Source of the DNA: an uncultured Chloroflexia bacterium | GTDB taxonomy: Bacteria > Chloroflexota > Limnocylindria > Limnocylindrales > CSP1-4 | Length of the DNA stretch: 64,000 nucleotides | Assembly (NCBI GenBank): GCA_963717255.1 | Contig: CAVQVT010000014.1 | Location: forward strand, 72,751 to 136,750 | Reading direction: 5' to 3' | In this document: positions 46,935-56,647 of the stretch, one piece after another | Numbering within the stretch: position 1 is the first letter of the stretch | Layout of the letters: every line of letters starts with the position of its first letter | Notes under the pieces: model-generated | Databases searched by the model: none | The model's input: the letters and a program-made list of their open reading frames with translations, nothing else | What the model was told of the DNA's origin: nothing | Made by a program: the position numbers and the translations under genes

Positions 46935-48552
46935 GGGCCGCCGCCCGTGCGGGCCCCTCCACGAGCGTGCCGGGCGCCATGATCCCATCCGGGTCGAAGG
47001 TCGCCGCGACCGCTTCGATCGCGCGGATCCCGAGCGCGCCCTTCTCGGCGGGGAGGTACGCGCGGTGGTCCCGGCCCACGCCGTGCTGGTGGCTGATCGT
47101 CCCCCCGAGGTCCACGATGACGCGGCTCGCCGCGCCCTTCACGGTCCGCCAGCGCGCGAGCGTCGCGTCCGGGTCGGCCGCAAGGCGAAAGACGTAGGTG
47201 ACGTAGACGCTCGAGCCGCTCGGGTAGACGTGCGAGAGGTGCGCGAAGGCATGCACCTTCTCGCCATCGGGCTCAAGCGCGCGTCGCATCATCGGCGCCA
47301 GGCCGGCGAGGAGGCGGGGCACGACCGACCAGTCGGCCGCCGTCTCCAGCGTGTCCACCGCGTAGCCGGCGGCCCAGAGCGCGTCACGCAGGTACGGCGT
47401 ACGGAACCGGTTCTTCCGCCACTCCTCCCCCACCCGCGGCACGCGGACCCCGCCGTGGCGACCGAGGATGGCGAACGCCTCGAGGAGGGCGACCGTCACC
47501 GTCGCGTGCGCACCCGCCGCGCCCACGATCGCCATCGCCCGCCCGCGCCCCGCCCCGCGGGCGCCGAGGTACGCGCGCAGCGCGCGCATCGTCCGCGCGT
47601 GCCCGGCCAGCGCCAGGTTCGTCTCCGTCTCCGCCGGCGTCGACAGCCGGATCATCGACAGCGGCAGCTCCGCCGCGGCGAGCTTGCGGACGGCCGCGGA
47701 CCCGCTCTCCCAGTCGGGGAAGAAGACCGCGTGGAACCGCTCCTCCTCGGGGAGCGGCGAGGTCCGGAGGATCGCCTCGGTGACGATCCCCAGGCGCCCC
47801 TCCGAGCCGAGCACGAGCTGACGGAGGTCGGGCCCGGCCGCCGAGGCGGGGTGCGGAGGCATCGGCAGGGTCCCGGCCGGCGACTCGACCGTGCCTCCGG
47901 CGAGGCGCTCGTCGATCCGCCCGTAGCCGATGGACTGCTGCCCGACGGACCGCGTGGCGACCCAGCCGCCGACGGTCGAGAGCTCCCAGCTCTGCGGGTA
48001 GTGGCCCAGCGTCCGGCCGACCTCCGCGAGCGCGGCCTCCACGCCGGGGCCGGTGGTCCCGGGCCCGAACGTCGCGAGACCGGCTGCCTCGTTCCATCGC
48101 GTCAGGCCGGACATCCGCCCGAGGTCCACCGACAGGTACGGCGCGTCGCCTTCGGGGGCGGCGAGCTGGCCGAGCACGCTGGTGCCGCCGCCGTACGGCA
48201 CCACGCGCGCGCCGATCCCCGCGGCCCAGCCGAGGAGGTCGTGGACGTCGGTCGCGCTCGCGGGTCGCGCGACGCCATCCGGGACGCGACCGACCCGGCC
48301 GCTCCGCAGCGCGACCCAGTCCGGGAGGCTCTGGCCCCGGGCGTGGCGAAGCCGGTCCTCGGCGTCGGACGACACGAGTGGATGGGGCGGGAGCGAGGGC
48401 ACGCCCGCCGCCTCGACGGCGGCGACGGCCTCGTCGAGCGTCGCGTCCGCCGGGGGGACGGCCGGCCCGACGACCCGCAGGAGGAACGCATCGGCGCCAT
48501 CGGGGAGCGTGAACGCCTCGGCGTCGTCGCCCCAGCCGTTCCAGCGTCGCAT
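46927..48552 (-). CDS. FAD-linked oxidase, alkyl-DHAP-synthase-like (FAD_binding_4 / GlcD superfamily)
   Basis: ORF 46927..48558. ATG 48552 follows GGGGAGG (GTG 48558 alternative). N-terminal RRWNGWGD motif; VVPYGGGTSVLG FAD-binding block; HQHGVGRDH near the C-terminus. The stop overlaps the FGGY start (ATGGGTGA). Confidence 0.75.
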   Translation of the reverse strand: MRRWNGWGDDAEAFTLPDGADAFLLRVVGPAVPPADATLDEAVAAVEAAGVPSLPPHPLVSSDAEDRLRHARGQSLPDWVALRSGRVGRVPDGVARPASATDVHDLLGWAAGIGARVVPYGGGTSVLGQLAAPEGDAPYLSVDLGRMSGLTRWNEAAGLATFGPGTTGPGVEAALAEVGRTLGHYPQSWELSTVGGWVATRSVGQQSIGYGRIDERLAGGTVESPAGTLPMPPHPASAAGPDLRQLVLGSEGRLGIVTEAILRTSPLPEEERFHAVFFPDWESGSAAVRKLAAAELPLSMIRLSTPAETETNLALAGHARTMRALRAYLGARGAGRGRAMAIVGAAGAHATVTVALLEAFAILGRHGGVRVPRVGEEWRKNRFRTPYLRDALWAAGYAVDTLETAADWSVVPRLLAGLAPMMRRALEPDGEKVHAFAHLSHVYPSGSSVYVTYVFRLAADPDATLARWRTVKGAASRVIVDLGGTISHQHGVGRDHRAYLPAEKGALGIRAIEAVAATFDPDGIMAPGTLVEGPARAAAHG

Positions 48553-48625
48553 CGTCACCTCCCCGGCTGGCCGCCGACTCCGGGGGCGCTCCCGGGCGGT
48601 CGGCCGCGCCGCCGGATCGCTCCCA

Positions 48626-50290
48626 TCATGCGCCGCCGGTCACCGCCGCGTGGCCGGCATCCAGGACGACCACCCGATCCACCCGGCCCGCCACGGTCGC
48701 CCGGTGCGAGATCACCAGCGTCGTCCGCCCTGCCATGAACGGCGCGAGCGAATCGAGCAGCCGGCTCTCGGTCGCGACGTCGAGGTTCGCGGTGGCCTCG
48801 TCGAGGACCAGGATCGGCGCGTCCTTGAGGATCGCCCGGGCGATCGCGAGGCGTTGCCGCTCGCCGCCCGAGAGCCGCACCCCGTCCTCCCCGATCCGCG
48901 TCTCGTAGCCGTCGGGCAGAGCGAGGATCGTGTCGTGGAGCTGGGCGATCCGGCAGGCCGCCTCCATCTCCTCGTCGGTCGCATCCGCGTCGGCGACGGC
49001 GAGGTTGTCGCGGACCGTCGCGTTGAACAGGTGGACCTGCTGCGAGACGACGCCGAAGGCCCGTCGCACGTCGTCCGCCCGGTACGCGTGGAGGTCGTGG
49101 CCGCCGATGCGGATCTCGCCCTCGCGGTAGTCCCGGAAGCGCAGGAGGAGGTCCACCAGGGTGGACTTCCCGGCCCCGCTCGGACCCACGAGGGCAAGGC
49201 TGCCGCCCGCCGGGATCGCCAGGTCCAGCCCGTCGAGGACGTACGGCTCGGCCGGGTCGTACCGGAACCGGAGCCCCCGGATCTCCAGGTCGTGGGTGAC
49301 GGGGCCCGGCGCCGGTTCCGGCGGGTCGGCCACCTCCGGTTCCGTGTCCACGAGCTCGAAGAGGCGCGCGGCCGCCCGGTCCGTCGTGTCGAGCAGCTGC
49401 GCCGAGAGCGACAGGGGCGCGACCGCTTCGAAGCTGGCCATGGCAGCCAGAGGGATCGTGGCGAGCAGGACGCCGTCGAGCCGGCCGCCCGTGACGAGAG
49501 GGATCGCGAGGCCGAGGACCGTCACGCCTGCGAGGCTCGTGCAGAGCGCGACGAGCGCGGCGTTCAGGCCGCGGACCTCGGCGAGCCGCTCGGCCGCGTG
49601 GTCGAGCGAACGGCCGGCCGCGAGGGTGCGCGTGCGGTGGCGGTCGCCCTCCCCGAGGACCAGGAGGTCGGCGACGCCGCGGATCCCGTCCACCAGGAGC
49701 ACGCTCGACTCCGCGCGCGCGGACACGACCGCGGAGGCGGGCGCGCGGGTCAGCCGGCGGCTGAGGACGGGCAGGACGACTCCGGTGAGGACGAGGAACG
49801 CGAGGAGCGCGAGCCCGAGGACCGGGTCGAAGGCGCCGAGCAGGATCGACGCGAGCGCGGTCACGAGCGCGGCCACGACCGGCGGGACCAGGACGCGGAC
49901 GTACAGGTCCTCCAGCGTGTCGATGTCGGCGACGATCCGGGCGAGGAGATCGCCGCTGTGGTGCGCGGAGAGCCGGGCCGGCGCCAGCGGCTCGATCGCC
50001 CCGTAGAACCAGGTGCGGAGCCCGGCGAGGATCCGGAGCGTCGCCCGGTGCGTCGCGTAGCGCTCGAGGTAGCGGAAGACGGCGCGCGAGATCGCGAGGA
50101 CGCGGACGGCCGTGATCGCGAGCGCCACCTCCGCGACGTTCGTGACGATCGCCGCCTTCGAGATCAGGTAGGCGGAGACCGCCATGAGGCCCACGCTCGA
50201 CCCGATCGCGGCGAAGCCGAGCAGGGCGCCGACGACGATCCACCACCGGTGGCGGGCCATGAGCCCGAGCTCGCGCCGGAAGGTGCTCAC
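48626..50290 (-). CDS. cydC: Thiol reductant ABC exporter subunit CydC
   Basis: Inner part of ORF 48626..50797 from GTG 50290 (GTGA overlap with the cydD stop). 6-TM domain plus GPSGAGKST, LSGGERQRLAIARA, LVLDEAT. Confidence 0.85.
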   Translation of the reverse strand: MSTFRRELGLMARHRWWIVVGALLGFAAIGSSVGLMAVSAYLISKAAIVTNVAEVALAITAVRVLAISRAVFRYLERYATHRATLRILAGLRTWFYGAIEPLAPARLSAHHSGDLLARIVADIDTLEDLYVRVLVPPVVAALVTALASILLGAFDPVLGLALLAFLVLTGVVLPVLSRRLTRAPASAVVSARAESSVLLVDGIRGVADLLVLGEGDRHRTRTLAAGRSLDHAAERLAEVRGLNAALVALCTSLAGVTVLGLAIPLVTGGRLDGVLLATIPLAAMASFEAVAPLSLSAQLLDTTDRAAARLFELVDTEPEVADPPEPAPGPVTHDLEIRGLRFRYDPAEPYVLDGLDLAIPAGGSLALVGPSGAGKSTLVDLLLRFRDYREGEIRIGGHDLHAYRADDVRRAFGVVSQQVHLFNATVRDNLAVADADATDEEMEAACRIAQLHDTILALPDGYETRIGEDGVRLSGGERQRLAIARAILKDAPILVLDEATANLDVATESRLLDSLAPFMAGRTTLVISHRATVAGRVDRVVVLDAGHAAVTGGA

Positions 50291-52080
50291 GACCCGCCCT
50301 CCGCCTCGATCGCGACGAGCCGCCGGTACGGACCATCGTGGAGCAGAAGGTCGGCCGGAGGTCCGACCTCCACCGACCTCCCTTCGGCGAGGACGGCGAC
50401 GACGTCCGCCTCGGCGGCCAGCCGGAGCCGGTGGGAGATGACGAGGACGGTGCGCCGACGCACCAGGCGTCGGACCGCGTCCACGATCGCGGCCTCGCTC
50501 GCCGCGTCGAGGTGCGACGTCGCCTCGTCGAGGATGACGAACGGCGCGTCGCGCAGGAAGGCCCGCGCGATCGCGATCCGCTGCTGCTGCCCGCCGGACA
50601 GCCGTGCCCCTTCCTCGCCGAGCGGCGTCGCGTAGCCGAGCGGCAGCGCACGGATGAAGACGTCCGCGCCCGCCTCGCGGGCGGCCGCGTCCACCTCCGC
50701 GTCGGTGGCGTCCGGGCGTGCGAGCCGGATGTTGTCGGCGACGGTCCCGGCGAACAGGTGCGGCGCCTGGGGGACCCAGGCGATCGAGCGACGCCACGCC
50801 GCGGGGTCGATCGAGACGAGAGGGACGCCGTCCACCGTGACGGTGCCCCCGTCCGCTTCCAGGAACCGGAGGAGGAGGCTTGCGACGGTGGACTTCCCGG
50901 CGCCGGTCTCCCCCACGAGGGCGAGGGTCCGGCCCCGCGGGATGACGAGGTCGAGGCCGCGAAGCGCCGGGCGGCGACCGCCCTCATACGCGACGCGGAC
51001 ACCGGCGAGGCGGATCTCGGGCGGGGCCGCGACGGGCGCCGGAGCGGCCACGGCTCCCGGTGCGGCCACAGACGGCACCTGGACCGCGGCCGCCGCCCGT
51101 GGCCCCGGCGAGTCCAGGATCTCGAGCATCCGCTCGGCCGCCGCGTCGCCGGCCGCCCCGGCGTGGAACCGGATCGCGAGCTGGCGCAGCGGCAGGAAGA
51201 ACTCCGGCGTCACGATGAGGACCGCGAGCGCCCGCTCGAAGTCCATCGTCCCGGCCATGAGGCGGAGGCTCACCTCCACCGCGACCAGGGCCGTCGCGAC
51301 CGTGCCCCCCCACTCGAGGACCAGGGCGGTCTGGAAGGCGGTCCGGAGGACCTCCATCGTGGTGTCGCCGTACGTGCGGCTGATCGCTCCGACGTTCTCG
51401 ACCTGCTCCTCGCTCCGGCCGAACATCTTCAGCGTCGCGATCCCGCGGAGCATGTCGGCGAAGAAGGCGCTCATCCATCGCAGCTCGACGAATCGCTGCT
51501 GGGTGATCGCCTTCGCGCGGCCGCCGATGAGCGCGAGGAGGAGGACCAGCACGGGGCCCGTCACGACGAGCACGAGCGCCGTGAGCGGGTCGAGAACGAC
51601 CGTCACGCCGAGCACCAGCACCGGCACGAGGACGGCGAGCGCCCGCGCCGGCTGGAACGAGACGACCCAGGCGTCGAGCGTCTCCATCCCGGCCGTCAGG
51701 ACGCTCACCAGCTCGCCGGTCCGCTCCCCGCCGGCGAAGACGGGCCCCAGCCGCAGCAGCCGGTCCGTGAGCGCGGCGCGCAGCGTCCCCTTCAGGCCGC
51801 TCGAGGCCCGCTGGGCAAGGACCTCGGCCGCCCACACGAGCCCCGCGCGGACGAACGCGAGGACGGCCACCGCGGCGAGGAGCGGAAGAACGGAGGAGAG
51901 GTCCGCGCCGCCGATGAAGACCCGCGCGACGATCGCGGCGAGCAGGAAGGCCGCGACCACGACCAGCGCCGCAGCGATGAAGCCGCAGGCGATCGCGGCA
52001 CGGAGCCGGAGACGCGCGGCCGGATCGAGGGCAAGGAGCCTCGCCGCAGGCGCCGGCGCGCGTCGCGGCAGCGCGATCAC
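50287..52080 (-). CDS. cydD: Thiol reductant ABC exporter subunit CydD
   Basis: ORF 50287..52080, 597 aa. TM domain plus GETGAGKST, LSGGQQQRIAIARA, VILDEATS. Follows cydB. Confidence 0.85.
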   Translation of the reverse strand: MIALPRRAPAPAARLLALDPAARLRLRAAIACGFIAAALVVVAAFLLAAIVARVFIGGADLSSVLPLLAAVAVLAFVRAGLVWAAEVLAQRASSGLKGTLRAALTDRLLRLGPVFAGGERTGELVSVLTAGMETLDAWVVSFQPARALAVLVPVLVLGVTVVLDPLTALVLVVTGPVLVLLLALIGGRAKAITQQRFVELRWMSAFFADMLRGIATLKMFGRSEEQVENVGAISRTYGDTTMEVLRTAFQTALVLEWGGTVATALVAVEVSLRLMAGTMDFERALAVLIVTPEFFLPLRQLAIRFHAGAAGDAAAERMLEILDSPGPRAAAAVQVPSVAAPGAVAAPAPVAAPPEIRLAGVRVAYEGGRRPALRGLDLVIPRGRTLALVGETGAGKSTVASLLLRFLEADGGTVTVDGVPLVSIDPAAWRRSIAWVPQAPHLFAGTVADNIRLARPDATDAEVDAAAREAGADVFIRALPLGYATPLGEEGARLSGGQQQRIAIARAFLRDAPFVILDEATSHLDAASEAAIVDAVRRLVRRRTVLVISHRLRLAAEADVVAVLAEGRSVEVGPPADLLLHDGPYRRLVAIEAEGGS

Positions 52081-52158
52081 CGGCCCGGCACGAGGCTGAC
52101 GGCGGGCGCACGGCCCGCCGTCACCGGATGGGACGCCATGGGGCCGCCGCGGCGGCCG

Positions 52159-53184
52159 TCAGTATCCCGTCGGCTCGACGACCGTCTTGCCGCGGAAGAA
52201 ATAGTAGACGCCGGCGGTGTACAGGAGGACGAACGGCATGCCGATGAGGGCGATGATCAGCATGACCGTGAGCGTCGGGTCGGCCGACGCCCCGTTGTAG
52301 ATCGTCAGGTCGTAGGCGGCGTCGATCGTGGAGACCAGGAGGCTCGGGAAGATCCCGACGGCCCCTGAGACCAGCAGGAAGAGGATCATCGCGGACGAGG
52401 CCACGAACGCCCAGAACTGGTGACCGATCCGGAGGAGCCCGTACGCCGCGAAGATCGCGACGAGCGCCGCCGCGGGGAAGACCACCAGCCACGGCTGCTC
52501 GATGTAGCGGTCCGTGATGGCCGGGTGGATGACGACCATGGCCAGGATCAGCAGCGTGTTCAGCACGAAGAAGACCGCCATGAGGCGGGGCAGCCAGGCC
52601 TTGATCCGCGCCTGGAGGGCCTCGTCGGTCTTCATCGACAGGTAGATCGACCCGTGCATCGCGAACATCGCGACCGTCGTCACCCCGATGAGCAGCGGGA
52701 TCGGGCCGAGGAGGTCGAGGAGCGACATGCGGATGTTGCCGTCGGCGCCGAGCGGGACGCCGACAAGGATGTTGCCGAACGCCACGCCCAGCAGGAGCGC
52801 GAGCCCTGCCGAGGACAGCGCGAAGACGAGGTCCCAGCCCGTCCGCCAGCGCGGCGAGGGGCGCTTGCTGCGGAACTCGATGGCGACCGTGCGGAGGATG
52901 AGCACCAGCAGCACGGCCATCATCGCGAGGTAGAAGCCCGAGAAGAGCGACGCGTAGACGAGCGGGAAGGCGGCGAAGAGGACGCCGCCACCGAGGATGA
53001 GCCAGACCTCGTTGCCGTCCCACACGGGCCCGATGCTGTTGAGCAGGACGCGGCGCTCCTGGTCGGTGTGCGCGAAGGGCAGGTGCAGGATCCCGACGCC
53101 CATGTCGAAGCCGTCGAGGATCAGGTAGCCGCCGATGATGACGACGAAGAGCACGAACCAGATGTCGCTGAGCGTGAGTGTCAT
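52159..53184 (-). CDS. cydB: Cytochrome bd ubiquinol oxidase subunit II
   Basis: ORF 52159..53205. ATG 53184 (MTLTLSDIWF) follows GAGGGA and lies 10 nt after the cydA stop. GFDMGVGIL, PVWDGNEVWL motifs. Confidence 0.9.
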   Translation of the reverse strand: MTLTLSDIWFVLFVVIIGGYLILDGFDMGVGILHLPFAHTDQERRVLLNSIGPVWDGNEVWLILGGGVLFAAFPLVYASLFSGFYLAMMAVLLVLILRTVAIEFRSKRPSPRWRTGWDLVFALSSAGLALLLGVAFGNILVGVPLGADGNIRMSLLDLLGPIPLLIGVTTVAMFAMHGSIYLSMKTDEALQARIKAWLPRLMAVFFVLNTLLILAMVVIHPAITDRYIEQPWLVVFPAAALVAIFAAYGLLRIGHQFWAFVASSAMILFLLVSGAVGIFPSLLVSTIDAAYDLTIYNGASADPTLTVMLIIALIGMPFVLLYTAGVYYFFRGKTVVEPTGY

Positions 53185-53194
53185 CGTCGGTCCC

Positions 53195-54598
53195 TCACCC
53201 GGCACGCGGCTGGCGGCGGAAGATGTCGCGGAAGGTGTCCGGCAACGACGAGACCTTCTGGGTCTCCAGGGCCTCGAGCGGCTCCGGTCCCGCCTGGATC
53301 TTCGCGTTCAGGAGGTAGAGGAAGAGCGCGAAGAGGATCGCGTACAGGACGATGAACATGATCAGCGAGAGCAGGACGTCCGTGCCGCCGAGGACGGGCG
53401 AGCCCGCCTTCGCGGTCTCGAGGACGTTGTACACGATCCACGGCTGGCGACCGATCTCGGCCGTCCACCACCCCGCGGTGATCGCCGCTGTCGCCATGAA
53501 GACCGTCACGACGAGGACCCACAGCATCCAGCGGGTCTCGTACAGCCGTCTCTTCCAGAAGAAGAGCGCGGCCGCGAGGACCGCGATCGGGATGAACAGG
53601 AACCCCATGCCCACCATCGCGTGGTAGGCCTGGAAGACCAGGTTCACTGGCGGGATGGGCTCGGGCGCGAACGACTGCAGGCCCTGGACGGTGGCGTTCG
53701 GGTCCCAGTACGCGAGGATCGACAGCAGGCACGGGACGGCGATGCCGGACGTCGTCTCCGCCGCCTGGTCCACCCAGCCCACGACGTACGCAGGAGCGCA
53801 CGACTGCGTCTGCCACAGGCCCTCCATCGCGGCGAGCTTGATCGGCTGGTTCTCCACCACCGAGCGCGCCTGCTCGGAGCCCGAGAGGGTGACGTTGAGG
53901 ATGGCGAAGACGACGAAGAACGGGAGGGCGACGACCATCATGGACTTCGCGAGGTCGACGTGGCGCTTCCGGAGCAGGTACCAGGCGCCCACGCTGAGAA
54001 GCAGGGCGGACCCGACGGTCCACGACGCGACCCACACGTGCAGCAGGCGCGGGATGAAGGTCGGGGTGAAGACCGTCTGCCAGAAGTCCGTCATGACCGC
54101 GCGGACCGGCAGCGGGTCGGTCGCGATCTCGTAGCCGGCGGGCGACTGCATCCACGAGTTGGCCATGACGATCCACAGCGCGCTGAAGTGCGCGCCGAAG
54201 ACGACCAGGAACGTCGCCAGCAGCCACATCCGGGGTCCGAGTCGGTTGCCGCCGAAGATCATGAGGCCGAGGAAGCCGCCCTCGAGGAAGAAGGCGAAGA
54301 CGCCCTCGGCGGCGAGCAGGCTGCCGAACACGTTGCCCACGAAGCGCGAGTACTCGGCCCAGTTCGTGCCGAACTCGAACTCCTGGACGACGCCGGTGGC
54401 GACGCCGATCGCGAAGATGAGCGCGTAGACCTTGACCCAGAAGAACGACAGGCGTCGCCACTTGGGGTCCTTGGTCCGCAGGTAGATGAGCCCGATGACG
54501 ACGAGCATCAGGCCCAGCCCCATCGACAGGGGCGGATAGATGAAGTGGAAGCTCGCGGTCAGCGCGAACTGGACGCGCGACAGCAGTTCGACGTCCAA
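53195..54598 (-). CDS. cydA: Cytochrome bd ubiquinol oxidase subunit I
   Basis: ORF 53195..54598, 467 aa. LSRVQFALTASFHFIYPPLSMGL, EFEFGTNW, QPIKLAAMEG, GWWTAEIGRQPW motifs. Confidence 0.92.
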   Translation of the reverse strand: MDVELLSRVQFALTASFHFIYPPLSMGLGLMLVVIGLIYLRTKDPKWRRLSFFWVKVYALIFAIGVATGVVQEFEFGTNWAEYSRFVGNVFGSLLAAEGVFAFFLEGGFLGLMIFGGNRLGPRMWLLATFLVVFGAHFSALWIVMANSWMQSPAGYEIATDPLPVRAVMTDFWQTVFTPTFIPRLLHVWVASWTVGSALLLSVGAWYLLRKRHVDLAKSMMVVALPFFVVFAILNVTLSGSEQARSVVENQPIKLAAMEGLWQTQSCAPAYVVGWVDQAAETTSGIAVPCLLSILAYWDPNATVQGLQSFAPEPIPPVNLVFQAYHAMVGMGFLFIPIAVLAAALFFWKRRLYETRWMLWVLVVTVFMATAAITAGWWTAEIGRQPWIVYNVLETAKAGSPVLGGTDVLLSLIMFIVLYAILFALFLYLLNAKIQAGPEPLEALETQKVSSLPDTFRDIFRRQPRAG

Positions 54599-54889
54599 GG
54601 TGACCCTCCGACCACGACCCCGCGGTTGCCTCGACGGCGATACGGTGCCCGGTGCGGTCGCGGCGTGTCACGGGCCGTATGTCCGCGACATGCACGTCGA
54701 CCGGCCCGGATGGAGCGGGCGGGGCGGAGCGGCACGGCGGGACCGCCGGTGCGCCGGCCCACGGGCGGTGAGGGTCGCGCGGAGCGCGGCAGGTCCGGCG
54801 CCGGCGGCGGACGGCGGGCCGCTCGGGCCGAAGGCACGGGCAAAGCTTCGGCGCGCCGGGAGCCCGCCGGCGGCGGCCCCCCGCGGCAC

Positions 54890-55570
54890 TCAGGCCGGCG
54901 CGGCCGCCCCGGTGCTCCCTGGGACGTGGAGCGGCATGTCGGCCGCGCACATCGGGCAGGTGGCCGGGCCGGGCTCGTACGTCGGCAGGTCGAGCACCCA
55001 GAGCGACAGCAGCGGGTGCACCGCGCCGGTCAGCGGGGACACGAGGCTCGCGGTCCCGCCCGAGCGGTCGACGAGGACCGCACAGCCGATGATCGTCGCA
55101 CCGGCCGCCTCGACGGGCGGCAGCATCGCGAGGAGCGAGCCGCCGGTCGTGAGGATGTCGTCCACGAGCAGGACCCTCTCGCCCGGGGCGAACGCGAACC
55201 CGCGCCGGAACTCGCGCCGCGCCGAGCCGTCGGGGTCGCGGACCTCCTCCGCGAAGATGCTCCGGACGCCGAGCTGGCGGGCCGTCTCGAACGCGAGCAC
55301 GACGCCGCCGGTAGTCGGGCCCGCGACCACGTCCACCATCGGCCGGCCGTCGCGGTCGCGGAACCGGCGGGCCCACAGGCCGCACAGCTCGCTCGTGATC
55401 TCCGGGTGCTGCAGGACGAGGAACTTCTCGAGGTAGCGATCGCCGTGGCGCCCGCTCTTGAGGAGGAAGTGGCCCACCCGCAGGGCGCCGCTCGCCCGGA
55501 ACAGCTCCTCGGTGCGGCGGGCCATGGCGACGCGCGCAGCGGCGTCGGCGCCCTTCTTCAGCGTCGTCAC
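54890..55570 (-). CDS. pyrE: Orotate phosphoribosyltransferase
   Basis: ORF 54890..55570 (GTG). ATG 55525 (MARRTEELFRASGALRVGHFLLKSGRH) is the more family-typical start. PRPP loop VLLVDDILTTGGS. Confidence 0.8.
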   Translation of the reverse strand: MTTLKKGADAAARVAMARRTEELFRASGALRVGHFLLKSGRHGDRYLEKFLVLQHPEITSELCGLWARRFRDRDGRPMVDVVAGPTTGGVVLAFETARQLGVRSIFAEEVRDPDGSARREFRRGFAFAPGERVLLVDDILTTGGSLLAMLPPVEAAGATIIGCAVLVDRSGGTASLVSPLTGAVHPLLSLWVLDLPTYEPGPATCPMCAADMPLHVPGSTGAAAPA

Positions 55571-55623
55571 GGTGCGACCGTCCCCGCCGTCGCCCCGCCC
55601 GCCGTCGTCATCGCCCGGTCACG

Positions 55624-56595
55624 CTACTGCGACCAGCGAGTGGGCGTCCGGTCCCACCGGTGGGCCCGCAGGCTCTCGCGGAGGTCGGCCGGCAGCGGCC
55701 CGGCCTCACCGGCGGCGACGTTCGCCCGGACGTGCCGCGCTACGCGCATCCCCGGGATCACGGAGGCGACGTCCGGGTTCGAGAGGACGTAGCGGATCGC
55801 CATCTCGGGCATGGTCGTGCCGGCCGGTACCAGCGGGCGGAGCGCCTCGACGCGCGCCACGGTGGACGCCAGGTTCTCCGGGACGAAGTAGGTCGCCCGC
55901 CAGTCGCCGTCGGGCCAGGTCGTGTCGAGCGTGAGCGTCCCGGCGAGCGCGCCCTCCTCGAGCGGGACCCGGGCGATGACCGCCACGCCCAGCTCCCGGC
56001 AGAGAGGGAGGAGATCGTCCTCGGGCGCCTGCTCGAAGACGTTGTAGATCACCTGGACGGCGTCGACCATGCCGGTCCGGAGGGTGCGCAGGACGTTCCA
56101 CGGCTCCCAGCGGTTGACGCTCACCCCGGCCGCCCCGATCAGGCCCTCGCGCTTGAGGTCGTCCATCGCACGCTGCCAGCCGTCGTCCTTCGCCCAGTCG
56201 TCCGACCAGACGTGGAACTGCAGGAGATCCACGGAAGAGAGGCCGAGGTTCGCGAGGCTCTTCTCCGCGTACTCGCGGATGTACGCGGGCGGGTACACCT
56301 CCTCGATCGGTGCGCCCGGGAGCGGCGGCCAGCGCCGGTCCTTCGGCGGGAGCTTCGTCGCCGTGTAGAGGCGCCTGTCCGGGTTCGCGCGAACGAGCTC
56401 GCCCAGGAGGCGCTCGCTCCGGCCGTCGCCGTAGGCCCACGCGGTGTCGAAGAAGGTGACGCCCATCTCGGCCGCCAGCCGGAGCGAGGCGCGCGACTCA
56501 TCGTCATCCGAGCCCGACCAGCCGGCCATCCCCCACATCCCGTAGCCGACCTCGCCGACCTGCCAGCCGAGGCGGCCGAACTGTCGCTGCCTCAT
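55624..56595 (-). CDS. Aldo/keto reductase family oxidoreductase
   Basis: Inner part of ORF 55624..56832 from MRQRQFGRLGWQVGEVGYGMWGM (ATG 56595). FFDTAWAYGDGRSE, LLQFHVW, IPGMR motifs. Confidence 0.85.
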   Translation of the reverse strand: MRQRQFGRLGWQVGEVGYGMWGMAGWSGSDDDESRASLRLAAEMGVTFFDTAWAYGDGRSERLLGELVRANPDRRLYTATKLPPKDRRWPPLPGAPIEEVYPPAYIREYAEKSLANLGLSSVDLLQFHVWSDDWAKDDGWQRAMDDLKREGLIGAAGVSVNRWEPWNVLRTLRTGMVDAVQVIYNVFEQAPEDDLLPLCRELGVAVIARVPLEEGALAGTLTLDTTWPDGDWRATYFVPENLASTVARVEALRPLVPAGTTMPEMAIRYVLSNPDVASVIPGMRVARHVRANVAAGEAGPLPADLRESLRAHRWDRTPTRWSQ

Positions 56596-56647
56596 GGCTC
56601 CTCGCTGCACCGATCGCGGGCGGCGGCCGGCCGGTCCTGCGGTGCGT

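Noticed and set aside
54679-54691. Palindrome ATGTC-cgc-GACAT, 81-93 nt upstream of cydA, as a possible Rex/CRP-type operator.
   Set aside because: It is only 5-3-5 and does not resemble the Rex (TTGTGAA-N4-TTCACAA) or CRP (TGTGA-N6-TCACA) consensus as I know them. A palindrome this short is expected by chance in a 291-nt region.
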